From assembly GCA_050575255.1 (NCBI GenBank), contig JBNZDD010013732.1, positions 8,338,990-8,402,989 of the forward strand: a DNA stretch of 64,000 bases, given 5' to 3'. Positions 1-12,270 of this stretch are shown piece after piece. Position 1 is the stretch's first letter. The number at the start of each line of letters is the position of its first letter. The stretch comes from Harriotta raleighana. Its lineage: Eukaryota. Below the pieces are notes generated by a model, which saw only the letters and a program-made list of their open reading frames with translations, was not told where the DNA came from and did not search any database. Made by a program: the position numbers and the translations under genes.

Positions 1-2504
1 GTAAAACCCTTACTTTCTCTGGGCCTTTCCCAGAGCAAAGTAGAATGGACCTCCAATGAAAAACTCTGAACAGTGCTCCATTTCACTGGCCCACCTTTTG
101 TACATTCACTGCTGTGATAAGGGTTTATTATGTAAGTCAGACATTGTTGTATGATAACATATGTCCAAACTGCATGAAGGTGCACGTACCACTTGGGGTG
201 AGTGGGGGAGATGATAGAGCTGGATCTAATCTTTGCAATGCAAAGGCAAATTCTCATGCCTTCATGTTTGGTCAAAATACTTCTCCAAAAAAAGCAGTGA
301 GTACATGTTAAAACCAAACTGGATGATTATGGCTTGCATTTAGACAGTGGGTTTCATATCAAAAAATGTCTGGAAGTACTTGTCAAATATAATGGTAGAC
401 ACCAAGAGGGGGAAACAAGATTTAAAGTTAATTAAAAAAACATGCTGATTAAAACTATAGTTAGAACGACATGTTGTGAAGGTTTCTTGAAGGCAGGGTG
501 AGAAATAACATAGCAAAAGTGTTCATTGACTAGTATTCTAGAGGATAGAGGCCTGGCTGATGGAGATAGATGGCCTGACAGGATTGGACGCTTATAATGA
601 CAGGAGAGAGCACAGCCTGGAATATAGTACTGTGGAAGATGGGATGGTGAAACGGAATTACAAAGCCACAGAAATCAAACTCGATCCTCTGAGACACTTA
701 AAGCCAATGGAGCTTGCCAAACACGGTTTTGTAGAGCCTCAGACATGTGTAGGATGGCAGTGCGTNCAAACTGTAAACTGCAAACTGGAATGGAAAAAGT
801 GAGCATTAATAAAATAAGCATATTTTTTCATGTAAAATCAACAGCCACTCAAGTTGGTTACATTGGAAGTAAAGCTATTGCCAGCCACAGTTTGTGTTTT
901 TGTTCTCCAAACTGAATGAAAACTACCAAGATGACAGCATTTGTGTGTGATTCTAGGACCTGACTTTGGAACACAGGGCTTCCAGGCTAATCCTATGATG
1001 ATTGCAGAGATGTTTCCTCTGCCTATATTAGCCTCTTTCTGAAGCTATGCTTTCTTGAAATTAATTTTGTTGTCGGGGCTGGAGAAGGACACACAGAAGT
1101 TATCCAGTGCTCTGCCCCCATCAGGTATTTCTCAGCACTGCAGTTCATAAACAAATCCTGACTGTTGACATGTCAGAGGTACAGCATGAGTTGCTCCCAG
1201 TCACCTGCTCTGCAGGTCTCATTTAACGTAGCTGTAGTTTCAAGAACATTTTTTCAGAATATTCATTCTCTGAATGAATGCATTTCCACAAAACCACATC
1301 TTGTGTTTTCTCCAGGCTTAGCCTCAGTCATTGGATCAGAATATATTTGAAACCCAAATGAATGTTTTAGAGTTTTTTTAACGTTGATGATTTATTCTGG
1401 TCTTCTCTTCTGAGTCCATGTGATGCGTACCGTGCTGTGATCTGTCTCCTGGCTGACCACAATATAATTTGTTCTCTTCTCACATTGGGACTTGGGCAGG
1501 ATAGGACTCCAGTCTATCATGAACGCTGTAACATGAATTCCAGTTGTGTTGGTACAAAAAAAAAATTTTGCCCCCACAAAAAACTTGAAAATGTTTAATG
1601 ATGGAGCTGAGCAATGCCATGTTATTTTTTGCAAGCTCAGTATCAGTTTTGATGAACAATAAAAATTGGCTTCCCCTCCCCGTTCTCCTGTTCCTGCTAA
1701 TTAGTCACGGGAACGTTCCAGTTGATGGTTCGAGGACTCCTTGAGAGCAGTCACCTCTGCAGAATACTAAGATTGGTTACAATTGGAGACTGAGTCATTC
1801 TAATTGTTTCATGGCTGTGGTAATTCCAGTGGACAGCGTGAATTGAAGGAGCTAAATTTACATGCACAGTAAAGCTGAAGCCCCCTGAGTTAATGATTAG
1901 ATTTCTGTTGATGTTGTTTCAGCTCTCTGAGACTCTGAGACTGTCAACCTCAGGAACCATTCCAAACCAGTTTCCTGTCAAATCTTCAAACCAAAATATT
2001 AAAAAAAAGACAGAAATAAACAAAAGAGATGGTTAAGTTAATGACTTTAAAAAAAAACTGTTGAGCGGTTTTAAAAGGGGGCATTGAAGGCGATGCATAA
2101 AAAGCTTTGAAGTCTTGTGAGAGTTTAAAGTTTAAATTTATTTGTGAGGTTTGTGTCTCTGATGCATTTGAATTTTCTTTTGTGGCAGCACATGGGGTGT
2201 ACCTTGTCCTCGTTTGATTCCTGGCCAGGTTGGACAGTATATTTACTAACCAAGCCACAGGGTGATTTTCATCTTAGTTTATTCAAACTGTAATAACTTG
2301 TTGCTACAGACTTGTTTTGACATGCAGGCAAAAATTCCGGTCAGCATTGCTTGGTGATGCTGGGCATTAACAGGATTTCCCCATCATAATCGCTCATCGC
2401 CAGAGGTGCTATACATAACAGCAACAAGAACTTCAGCCAAATGAAGCAAATTACATACATTGTTATTTGTATGCAAATTTACAAGAGACGTAAGGTCGAA
2501 AACG

Positions 2505-2925
2505 AAGGTTCTTCAAGCGGGACTTCAAGCAGGGATATTGAGGGAGAGTGTTTCAGGGCATAGTGGCTAAAATCGCAACCTCACAAAATTAGCTGAAAGG
2601 CTGGTGCTAGTTGAGTGGACTGGGGAGTGAGGAGGTCAGAAAGGGAGGGAGGTGCCAGAGAGTGAAAGGATTTGAACATGAGCGTGAAGATCTTGAAATC
2701 AATCAGTTCGATGATGGGAAGCCTGGGGAGAGAACTAGTGAGAACTAGTGATATGTGGGTATAGAGTTTGGTCCGGGTCAAAATGCGGGCGGCAAAGTTC
2801 TGAATCAGCTGGAATTTTTGAATAGTGAAGCTGGGCAGTGTGATTGAGTGATCCAGGCAAGAGGTAACAAATTTACTCACAAGGGTTTCGGCTGCATTTG
2901 GGGTAAGGTAAAGTCGGAGGTCAGG
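2505..2925 (-). mobile_element. L2-clade LINE, ORF2 C-terminal fragment
   Basis: ORF 2581-2880 reads FVTSCLDH...KFQLIQNFAARILTRTK...LIDFKIFTLMFKSFHSLAPPSLSDLL, the typical L2 ORF2 C-terminus. Confidence 0.85.
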
Positions 2926-2929
2926 GACC

Positions 2930-3870
2930 AGATGTTGTCAGTCATGGCTGGTGAGGTGTTTTGGCAGACATAGCTGGCGGTTGCCACAGAGTACCTCCTG
3001 ATTGGGTCTGCCTTCTTCCCCTTTCGAACAGTTTAATCGGCCTGTTGCAGTGACCACTTGGTGATTGTGTGGGGCTCTGGGATGGTGTTCTTCAAGAATT
3101 TCTTGACATCCTTGGTGTTTTGCCTAGGATGGGACACCTCTGATGCTCACATCATTCCAAGTGGCCTGTGCAACTGTTTGATGCAACAAACAGGATGGGG
3201 TATAGGGGACAGCCCTGCCTTACTCCTGATCTGCTGGGGAATAACCCAGTCTTGTACTCGTTTACTGCAACTACACAACAGATGTCTGTGTAGAGCAGCC
3301 AGATCCACTTGCGTATTTCCTCCCCAAAGCCCATTTTAGAGAGTAGCTTATCCATGTAGGGGTAAGATACCTTGTCAAAGGCTATCTCTTGATCAAGCCT
3401 GATCAGGCAGGCCCTCACCCCTGCCATGGTCCCTGCTAGTAGCAAGTTGTTGCGTTGTTCCAGCAGGTCCAGGCCTATCACATCCCAGAGAGCCAAATGG
3501 AGCTCCACTGCGAGGCTATCACCTGCAGGGGTCTTACTGGTCTGGGGGGATTTGACGACTGGTCAGTTGATCTAGGGAGAGAGGCTCCCAGCTCTCCTCA
3601 TCCAGTACCCTTGGACAGGCAGACAGGAAATCCTGTGAGGCCGTACTCTATGTGGAATTTCTCACAGTACAGGTTGGCATAAAAGGATCTGGTGATCCTC
3701 TGTATACCAGCCTGCTCCATGTGCACTGAGCCCGTTTAGTCTCAGCCCAGCAATAACAGAGCTGGCTGGCTCTGTTTTCTGAAAGAAGAAATGTAAGCAT
3801 GTCTCATCTTTCGTGAGCACCCTGGATCAGAAGATGACCCCGGAGGCTTCGTGGCAAATTGCGCAGTTTG
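2930..3870 (-). mobile_element. Tx1/L1-clade LINE ORF2 (reverse transcriptase) remnant with internal deletions
   Basis: Minus-strand segments KDETCLHFFFQK, KTPAGDSLAVELHLALWDVIGLDLLE and IRLDQEIAFDKVS...MGFGEEIRKWIWLLY...SGVRQGCPLYPILFV; stops and frameshifts present. Confidence 0.85.
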
Positions 3871-4519
3871 ATCATTAGAATTTGTACAACAAAGTGTTTT
3901 GATGATGCTCAAAATCAAATTTCATTGATTGGTTGAAGATGCTCTTTTGTACATTTGCACCAACCTCTTCTTTTTTTTATAAGAACCTAGAGTTTAATTC
4001 CTAGTACTGTATAACTTGCCATCAAGCTCACATCACTTTACCCACCATATAATTGAACCATTACCCATGTAAATTCGTACATTGCACTATTTCCAGGATA
4101 AGCTCTTCAGGCACCTGTAGTCTGACTGCTTTCTACAGGTAAATGATATTTTTCATGACACAGCTGTTACAATACTTTTTTTTGCCAGTTTGTAGATTGT
4201 TCTTGCATAAAATACATTGACTGTGTTTTTATATATGTGGTGAATAAGTATCTGATGTCATTAGTAATCCTGACCTCAGCTCAGGTCCGAAACACTGTCT
4301 GTCCAGCACTTTGGGTTGTCCTTCTGACATGAAAAACACTGTCCATATGTAATTTTGTTGTTGATTTGCTGTTCTTGAATATAAATATTACTTATGTTTG
4401 ATACAGAACCATTTCATGTCCATAACAACAACAACATTACATTTGTATAGTGCCTTTCTCGTTGGGAGTATGTTTCAATGCATCTCATACCACAATTAGT
4501 TACTTGAGAATTGTCAGCC

Positions 4520-4900
4520 TTGCTCAGTTGGGGAGTATTTCCGTGACTGAGTCAGAAGGTTGTGGATTCAAGCCTCTTGTTGGAACTTTCAACTCATAGC
4601 TAACTCATAGGTTAGCATTGCATTACAGTGCTGGTGGAGTGCTACATTGTCAGAGATGCTGTCTCTCAGATGAGACATTTAAATGAGATTTAAATGAATC
4701 TGGCTATTTAGGTGGACATTAAAGATATCCTGGCTCTATTTGAAAACAGAAGAGTTTCTTCCTGTGGCCTGGCCAACATTTCACCAGAGAAAAAATGTGT
4801 TTATTCACTACATGACAGTTTGTGGGACATTCCTGTGTGATGACTGACTGCCATATTTGTCTACAAATACTGTCACTACAATTTACAGAACAAACTAAGA
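4520..4900 (+). mobile_element. Deu-domain-type SINE, degenerate and near full length
   Basis: tRNA-like head (gctcagttgg...tgagtcagaaggttgtggattcaagc), then core gagtgctacattgtcagagatgctgtctctcagatgagac...ggtggacattaaagat...tggccaacatt. Homologous to copies at 9345, 44755, 49345 and 50860. Confidence 0.7.
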
Positions 4901-6523
4901 TGTTTTGATGTGATCAAATAGGAATCAAGGGAGTAAGCTTTCTGCATGTGCTGTATCATGGCTTGCATTTGCAAAGTGTGGTAAAGAATTGCTTTCTTCC
5001 TCTTAAATGTATCCAGTTTTAGTTGCTATGTTACAGAGCAGTTTAGATCATTGACAGAAATGGGAATAGTTTGACTTCTCATTTCTACTCCCCCCCCCCC
5101 CCCCACTTTCACTTAAGCCTGAAAACAATTAGTTGCCATGACAATTTTTTATTTTTGTGTATTGGCAGTGTCATTTCGTAAGCAGTTCAATGTATATGCA
5201 ACAATGCAGTTTTTCTCAAAAAAAGTTGTCATTCAGACATTGTACTATGTTGAAATCAAAAATGTAATTTTTATTTATGGTACAAAATTTGGAACATTCA
5301 TTAGTGTGCATTTTTTTTCTTCTTTTGTGCATTTACTGTCAATGGCAACCTCTTGTGTGTAAATATACACCCGAGAGCAATTTCAAACCAAATACTGTAT
5401 AATTTGTTCATTTTTGAGGTAACAAGAACATCAGATGAAATTTAGATCTATATCCTGCCCCCCTACCTTTTGTGTATTTATTGCATTCTGCAGAGCAGAA
5501 ACAAACAAGGATCATGGCCTGGCTTGCAGTAACCATGGAAACAGTAGCTTTTCATGAGGCTTAGTATACAATAAAGTGCTCGAGTGTCAGAAGGATTAGA
5601 GCCTTTTTTTTTACAACCTGCTTTATTTTCTCCCTGTCAGTGGGCAGATGAACAAGGGATGGTGGGGGGTAATGTGAACATTAGGTTGGACTTTCTTTAA
5701 TCTCTTGTAGCACTTATGTTCCTCTGGTGGTGCTCGCAGTCATCATCCAGAAGCCTGAGTTTCATGCAACTCGCTAACAAGGAACTTCATGTTTATTCAT
5801 GATCAGCTTTGTTGGCAGACAGGTGCTTGGGGAGAAGAGAAAAAGAAACGGGTTGAGAATTTCGATGCTTGGATTTCCAAACAAAATTAGCAAAGAGGAA
5901 AGGTTTTTGCTTGGAGAGTGCGGTTGTAAATTGCAGAATGTTGCCTGATTTATACCCCCCAGGCTTTGTAGTTTCCTGTTACATTGAACAGGAAGGTGTG
6001 AAATCACTGGTGAGATTCACCACCCCATGTTGTCAAATTGTCTTGCAGAATTAATTATGATCTTTGTGAAGATTGATTTCAAGAAAGGGGGATGGGGGAA
6101 GATGTAGCTTCTAGTGGGGGAAGAGTTGGGATTATCAGTGATTACTGTACTAATATATCAATAAAAGTTCTGCAACACTCAATGTTGATATCCAACATTG
6201 CAGTAAAGTGTTTGCTGCAATGTTGGATATCAATTGAGTTAATTATTGCATTCTACTTATGCATTCCACTTAGTCTTAAAAGATAATCTTTTCTTAACGA
6301 GTGTTTAAATAATTATTTCCTTCTCCCAATTCCAATTTTCCCAACATCAGGTTTGAAATGTTGTGATAAATATTCTCGCTTCCAAAACATTAAACTCAGG
6401 ATGGGTGAAGAATGGACTATCTTCATTTTACAGTTGAATGTGTCATTCTCACCCTTGTTCTGCATTGTTATTGTTTTACTACCATTAGATCAAAGATTGT
6501 ACAATCATAGGACCACCGTATAG

Positions 6524-6546
6524 TTCCTTAATATTGAACATCACAG
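6524..6546 (+). promoter_or_regulatory. U12-type (minor spliceosome) branch point and 3' splice site
   Basis: TTCCTTAAT at 6524-6532 fits the U12 branch consensus TTCCTTAAY. The presumed branch A (6531) is 15 nt from the AG end (6546) and there is no polypyrimidine tract. Confidence 0.85.
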
Positions 6547-6731
6547 TTGTGAGCCAGTGGGCAGTGTTTGCCATCCGGAATCTGACAGAACAAAACATCA
6601 AGAATCAGCAAGTAATAGCCCAAATGGAGCGACAAGGTGTGGCAGACAGCACCATGCTAAAAGACATGGGTTTGCAAGTAGAAGAGCAAAATGGGAAACT
6701 CTGCTTGAAATCCTCAAAGAACAACCCATAA
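6547..6731 (+). CDS. ATXN10: Ataxin-10, last coding exon (partial CDS; upstream exons not found in window)
   Basis: After the acceptor cacAG (AG at 6545-6546) the frame reads (x)TT-VSQWAVFAIRNLTEQNIKNQQVIAQMERQGVADSTMLKDMGLQVEEQNGKLCLKSSKNNP-TAA. This matches the ataxin-10 C-terminal domain (human ...QWVIYAIRNLTEDNSQNQDLIAKMEEQGLADASLLKKVGFEVEKKGEKLILKS...). Adjacency to WNT7B fits known synteny. Confidence 0.93.
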
Positions 6732-9189
6732 ATGCAGAACGGAAAGGATAAAAGCTTCATCATAAAGCTCAAGGTGGTTTCATCTGTCATTTTTCTAGTC
6801 CTCATCAGTTCTTATCCCAAAGAGAAAATGTAGAACTCGGTGTCAAAGTGTTTGAAGAGTAAGAGATTATTTAACAATGTTTGGATTCTTGGTCGTGTTG
6901 ATAAGCACACCGAGTCTGAATTTATAGATGTAAGTGAAATAGACAAGGGTTAAAGATCAGCAAACATTAGGTTGGTAACATACAAGTAAACATTTTTCCT
7001 CGTGAAACGCATGGGATAAATCAGCAGAAATTATACTTGACTCAACAAGAGAAGACATGGATATAATTCTACTTGGCACGAAGAAACAAAAACAACAAAC
7101 CAACATGAAACACAATAATAATATCTTACGGCTTTCACAGAACCATTTAATCAAATGGCTATGGGATTTAATGTGGGGGCTTAAGTGATGGGAATGATTT
7201 GCTATGAGGTATATTTTCAGAGAAATGTGAAATGGTCGACAAGAAAGATAATGTGTGATTAGAATATGATGTCAAGAAATTAAAGGTTATAATCTGCTAC
7301 ATAACCGTGTGCTGGCTAATTGTTGTTTGTGTCCGTGCATGGGTGGGTGCCAGTTACGTGTTCCTCATTAGAAAGCACAAAATAATAATTAAAACACAAC
7401 AAAAAATCTCTTTAAACTTTTTCTTCTTTATATTTACAATATCTTTGATAACTGCAATGAACCAATGGGAATATAGACTTGGTCATATTAATTGAATGCT
7501 GGATTTGGTGTTTTGCTTGATTATTTTGTTTAACCCGATGAAATGGCAGTGTGCTTTTTTTTTTGGAGTTTTGCTCCAAAGATCAGGTAAAAGGAGATGT
7601 ACTTTTAAAGATGGATCTAGCCCTAGACATCATCTCTCACTATGTGTCCATTAATATTCTGTCTTGCAGCCCAGTTGCAAATTTGCCTATTGAGTTTTTG
7701 CTGGGTTCAAATATGATAGTTCAGGTTCAAAGAATATGATGGTGATATACAAAAAACAGGCCAAACAGAATTTAGCATTGGTATACACTTGGTTTCGAGT
7801 TGGAATTAAATTCATCAACATCCTCCAGACAACATAGGGCCAAATACTCTATTCTGGAGGTGCCAGATATCTGATGCCTTGTGGTTTCTTTACAGAAAGT
7901 CATTGTTGAGATATGGGCTAAAGCTGAACCCATGTTCCCTTTAGGACCACATAGGATAGCTAAATTGGAGAGACGAACACTAAGTAACAAGCCAGTTTTA
8001 GAAGTTTTTTTTGTAAATAAACTTAATTCAAGAACATGGTGAACACAAGCTTTAGGTCAAGGGGAAACGTTGCAGGCCTGATCAGGGTGAAATTTTTTCA
8101 GAGTCCTACATTTATATATTTAGAATTAATTTGACAATGTTGGATGTACAGCTAATTGAAATGCATTACCAAAGAAATGTATCTACAACAACAACAACTT
8201 TGATTTATATAGCACCCTTCACGTCGGATGGCAACTATAATCTAATCTCTATTCTAGTCATTCTGTTCTTATCTCTCATCAAAATTAATTCTAATTTTTT
8301 TAAGCATTTCAGAAGCAGCTGGTGTCATTTTGTATGGGTTCAATCATTGTATTTCACTTCAGGCCAGTCATTGTTCCCCATTATGGCACCTGAAACTAAG
8401 TCAACAAGTGCATGGAGCTCCAATAATACTTCAAATTATTAAAATATACTGTACATTGTTTCCTGGAAAATGTAAAAATAGGTTTGACATTGATAGCCCA
8501 AGCAATAGATAATGTGAAATGCAAAACATACTTAGATGATTTGCCAACAGTGTTGTGAGAGCATCAACAGCTGTCCTTCAGGGCAGAATTACTAGCTTTG
8601 CCTCAACTTGAATGAAAGAGAATTTAAAATTACAAAAGACCTTCAGCTTGTTTGAAGAGCTGTGGGTAAGGGTGGAGGAGGAGAAATGTTCAGGAGATCT
8701 TGCTGTGCAACGTTTCAGAATTTATCAATTTTCATTAACCCTGAATACAAACTCCAGTTAACATGATTATTATAAATTAAGAAACACTTTTGCGTCCAGA
8801 GACATTATGAACATGAGATTGTACAGAATGGAAAAAGACCAATGCAGTCCATTAGTATAGATTTCTCTCATTTAAAAAAAATGTATTTTATATTTAAAAG
8901 CGAGTCATCTTGATTTTTATTCATCAAGCACTTTGAGTTCACCTCGCTCACCAGTCATGGCTAGGTACCCAAATGATCCATTCCTTTAATTGCCTATCCA
9001 GGTAGCTTCTCTGTGCATTGCTGCACATGTTGTTGTTGCTTTGGAAGCCATTGTGACAGGTATGTCTGTCGTCTGGTGGATTAAGCAGCAACTGCAACTG
9101 AGAATAGAGTAATTCATGAAGAGAAACAATAAGAAAGTAACTATCAGGTATGCAGGATTTAACCTTGAAATTATGAATTAACCAGCAAT

Positions 9190-9310
9190 GCTCATTAGGC
9201 TCTCCTAGCTCCTCATCCATGAATGGATCAACTTCAAGATCCTCACCATCACTTATAAATCCTTTCATCTTCTGGTACTCCCTATCTCTGTGATAAGGAG
9301 ATCTTCTCCG
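9190..9310 (+). mobile_element. L2 LINE fragment
   Basis: ggatcaacttcaagatcctcaccatcacttataaatcc (INFKILTITYKS) is homologous to the L2 copies at 2505 and 43105. Confidence 0.6.
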
Positions 9311-9344
9311 TCCCCAGAGGGTTCATCCCCTCTGACTCTTGATC

Positions 9345-9722
9345 CTTGGCTTGATAGCACTATTGCTTCAAAGTCAGAAGATTGCGGGTTTGAACAGCAC
9401 ATCAGGACTTCAAACTCACATACCAATTTAGTGCTGGGCATGCACTGTTGGAGATGCCATCCTTTGGATGAGAAGATAAAGTTGCTGAACCTCTCATGGC
9501 ACAATTCAAAAACAGAAAAGAGCTGCTTCTGGTGTCCTGGCCATCGATCCCCCTGAAAAAAATTGGTCATTCTTTTCATGGCTGTTTATAGGATATTGCT
9601 GTGCACAAATTGTCTGCCTACAAATACACAATCACAACACTTCACAGTAAAATCCTGCAAAGTGCTTTGAGACGTCTTGATATGATAAGATGGTATATCA
9701 AATGCAAGGATTTTTATATTAT
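9345..9722 (+). mobile_element. Deu-domain-type SINE, degenerate and near full length
   Basis: Head gtcagaagattgcgggtttgaa, core gcactgttggagatgccatcctttggatgaga...ggtgtcctggcc, tail gtgctttgagacgtc...tatatcaaatgcaaggatt. Confidence 0.7.
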
Positions 9723-11177
9723 GATAAAAGAGAATGGTTTCATTTTTAGGGACCAGCTTAGACAATGTTGCACTACCTCAAAATCTTCTCAAAGATGAGT
9801 TGTCAAAATGTATTAAATTCAATTGATTCAATATAGGCCAGAAGGAAAATATCATAAGCTTTCCTTCTTTTCTATATGTATTACATTTAATACTCCTTGG
9901 TTTTTCTTGGAATGTTTAATATGCGGAACTGAAATGTTTCCAATTACAATGACATATGAGCTTCAAACTCTTTTGTTCTTTACACAAAAATGGTACAGTA
10001 TTACTTTCAACAGTCATTGATTTCCCTTTCGTTAATACCTTTGCTTTACTTTTTCTTAAATTTTGCTGCCGTAAGCAGAAAGTAAATGTTATCACTGTAA
10101 ATTTACAGTGACTTGTACTTGGCAATAAAGGTTCTCAGCAAACACAGCATTGTGATTGTACGGATATACAGCTTTCGATGCTGGAAGCAAACAAACATCA
10201 ATGCCAGAACAGGGTGGCTTTCAATGAAAGAGGATTTGTGAAAATGCATTGATCCTGAAACATTTCTTACCCAGTGCTTCTTTACCAGTTTCCTGTAGTG
10301 GAAGTAGGAGTGAGATGAGGAGGATTTGTGGGCTGATCCATGGTCCTTTTTGGCCTGGAAAACAACAGATGTTGCAACTCCAACCATTATATGTCAGCAG
10401 CCTTTCAATCTTGTTAAATTCCTTTATTTGTCTCCCTTTGGAACCTTTCACATTAGCTCACATTAACTTCATAGTCTAGTTGTAAAGAATCGCATATTCT
10501 GTAAATAATTTCTTGAAGCTTTCTTCTCGGCATCCCTCATTTTGTCTTTTTATTTCTGTAAAATGCAGCAGGAATATCATTCAACATGGAATATTGCCTG
10601 CTGTAGTGAACTATTACACTGTCAATAAGCTATCAAACTATGGGGCATTAGAGTTTATCCTGTTCCTACTTCATCTCTACATGTAGGCATTTTCCCATCA
10701 GGTAACCTGTTCAGAATCCTAAACAGCAAACTCCACATATTGTGCAAACTTAGCACAGTGACCCTGACATCTTATCACTGTTGTCCTTGTCCAGGATATT
10801 GAGAGGGTACAGATTGGATGTGTATTTACAGATGGATTCAGTTCCACTCTTCAGTCCATATCTCTTTGTTCACCTCGATAAGGAATAACATAAGGCAAGA
10901 CTAATATTGAGACTTAAAGGTGAGAATAAGGACAAGCACTGTTCCTACCACATGTGTTTGCACGATTATCCCATTTCCAGTTGAAAATATTTCTAACCTG
11001 ACTTAGTTGGAGATTAACTTGATTATTTGCAAAGTGATTGAATGAGACAAAATTTGGATCTCAAAATTACGTGGTGGAATAGCCAGTGAACATAACTTGA
11101 GAGCACTTGGCTCCTGATTAGGCAACACAATTTTAAATCTCAGGTAGATCTTGGGCTTCCTCTGTGAGATGGGTTTC

Positions 11178-11611
11178 ACCTGTTCGACGAAACCGATCAG
11201 CCCTGGTTTACACACCTCCTAAAACACCCTTACTGGAACCCCCACTAACTACATCTTCGGATGTAACAGAACAGACTGCAACTTCACCTCAGAAGTCTTC
11301 ACTGTCTCCAACATTGTCACAAACACCGAGTGTCCAAACACCAGCTGTGATAACAACACGTTCTGGACGTGTGGTGAAACCTCCTGATCGTCTTAATTTA
11401 TAATTTGTAATCTTAAAGTACACCTGTCTGTACTTGGGGGGGAGATGTAGGATTATGCTAATCACTATGCCCTTATAAGTAGATGATAGCACCTCGCGTG
11501 ATCACTGTGGTAGCACATGCAATTGCAGGCACTGCTGGTTCTCTTAATTAAAGCCGTCTTACACGAACCTCGAGCTCTCCACGTTCTCTCTTTTATATCT
11601 CGAATATAACA
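11178..11611 (+). mobile_element. Gypsy LTR retrotransposon 3' end: pol C-terminus, PPT and 166-bp LTR
   Basis: VRRNRSAL...TTRSGRVVKPPDRLNL* is a typical Gypsy integrase tail. PPT GGGGGGGAGA at 11436-11445; LTR TGTAGG...ATAACA at 11446-11611 with an internal ATTAAA. Confidence 0.85.
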
Positions 11612-11864
11612 GTTGATCATTTGCTGAAAGGGTTGTCACATGTCAGAATGTTTTCTACTGAACATTTCCACCAATCAGATCCTACTACACACAGAATTTA
11701 CAGTGTTTGATTTATCAAGTCTAGCATAGTTTCTCATTCACTGGAGCAACAACTAATCCCGATTTCCTGCTCTTTGCCTAAAAACATTTACATTGTTTCT
11801 CTTTAAATAGTTATCCAATTCCATTTTAAATGCTGTTATGATCTCAGCCTTACTGCTACTACTA

Positions 11865-12270
11865 CTAATAATAATCCTTGCATTTGATATATCACATCTT
11901 CTAGACAACAACAACATCGCATCGGGAGGACGTCTCAGGAAGCTGAACATCAGGAGTTGGGACCTGAGCACAGGGGGATGGGCATGGTAAGTGGGAGGGG
12001 AGGTTGTCTACATGTTTCAAAGTGCTTCACAGAATATACTGTGAAATGAATTGACTGTAAATTTTGTGGTGAAATATGATAACAAATTGAGCACAGCAGT
12101 GTCCCAAAACATTCGTGGATTGAAATTACCAATTGATTATTGTTTTTTTGAGGGATTATTATTAGGCATGTGGAGTAAGGAAACTTGCCCAAGGTTTCGC
12201 CCTGCCTGGAAATGAACCCAGGTCTCTCATTTGTAAGGTGAATGTTTTAACCACTGACCTACAGGACTCC
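11865..12270 (-). mobile_element. tRNA-headed SINE (short-body subfamily) interrupted by a ~100-bp LINE-tail insert
   Basis: Minus-strand head GGAGTCCTGTAGGTCAGTGGTTAAAACATTCACCTTACAAATGAGAGACCTGGGTTCATTTCC and tail ...atatcaaatgcaaggattatt. Foreign segment at 11907-12006. Confidence 0.85.

Noticed and set aside
766-766. Single N base
   Set aside because: Assembly ambiguity, not biology.
1-6523. Upstream ATXN10 exon (expected ...DGIPLILD.C.ID..NP)
   Set aside because: No such peptide or GTATCCT donor found by eye; the 560-802 ORF (MEIDGLTGLD) is only superficially similar and sits in a degenerate repeat.
7279-8021. ATXN10 polyadenylation signals (ATTAAA 7279 and 7388, AATAAA 8016)
   Set aside because: Several equally plausible hexamers in AT-rich DNA; cannot choose without transcript data.
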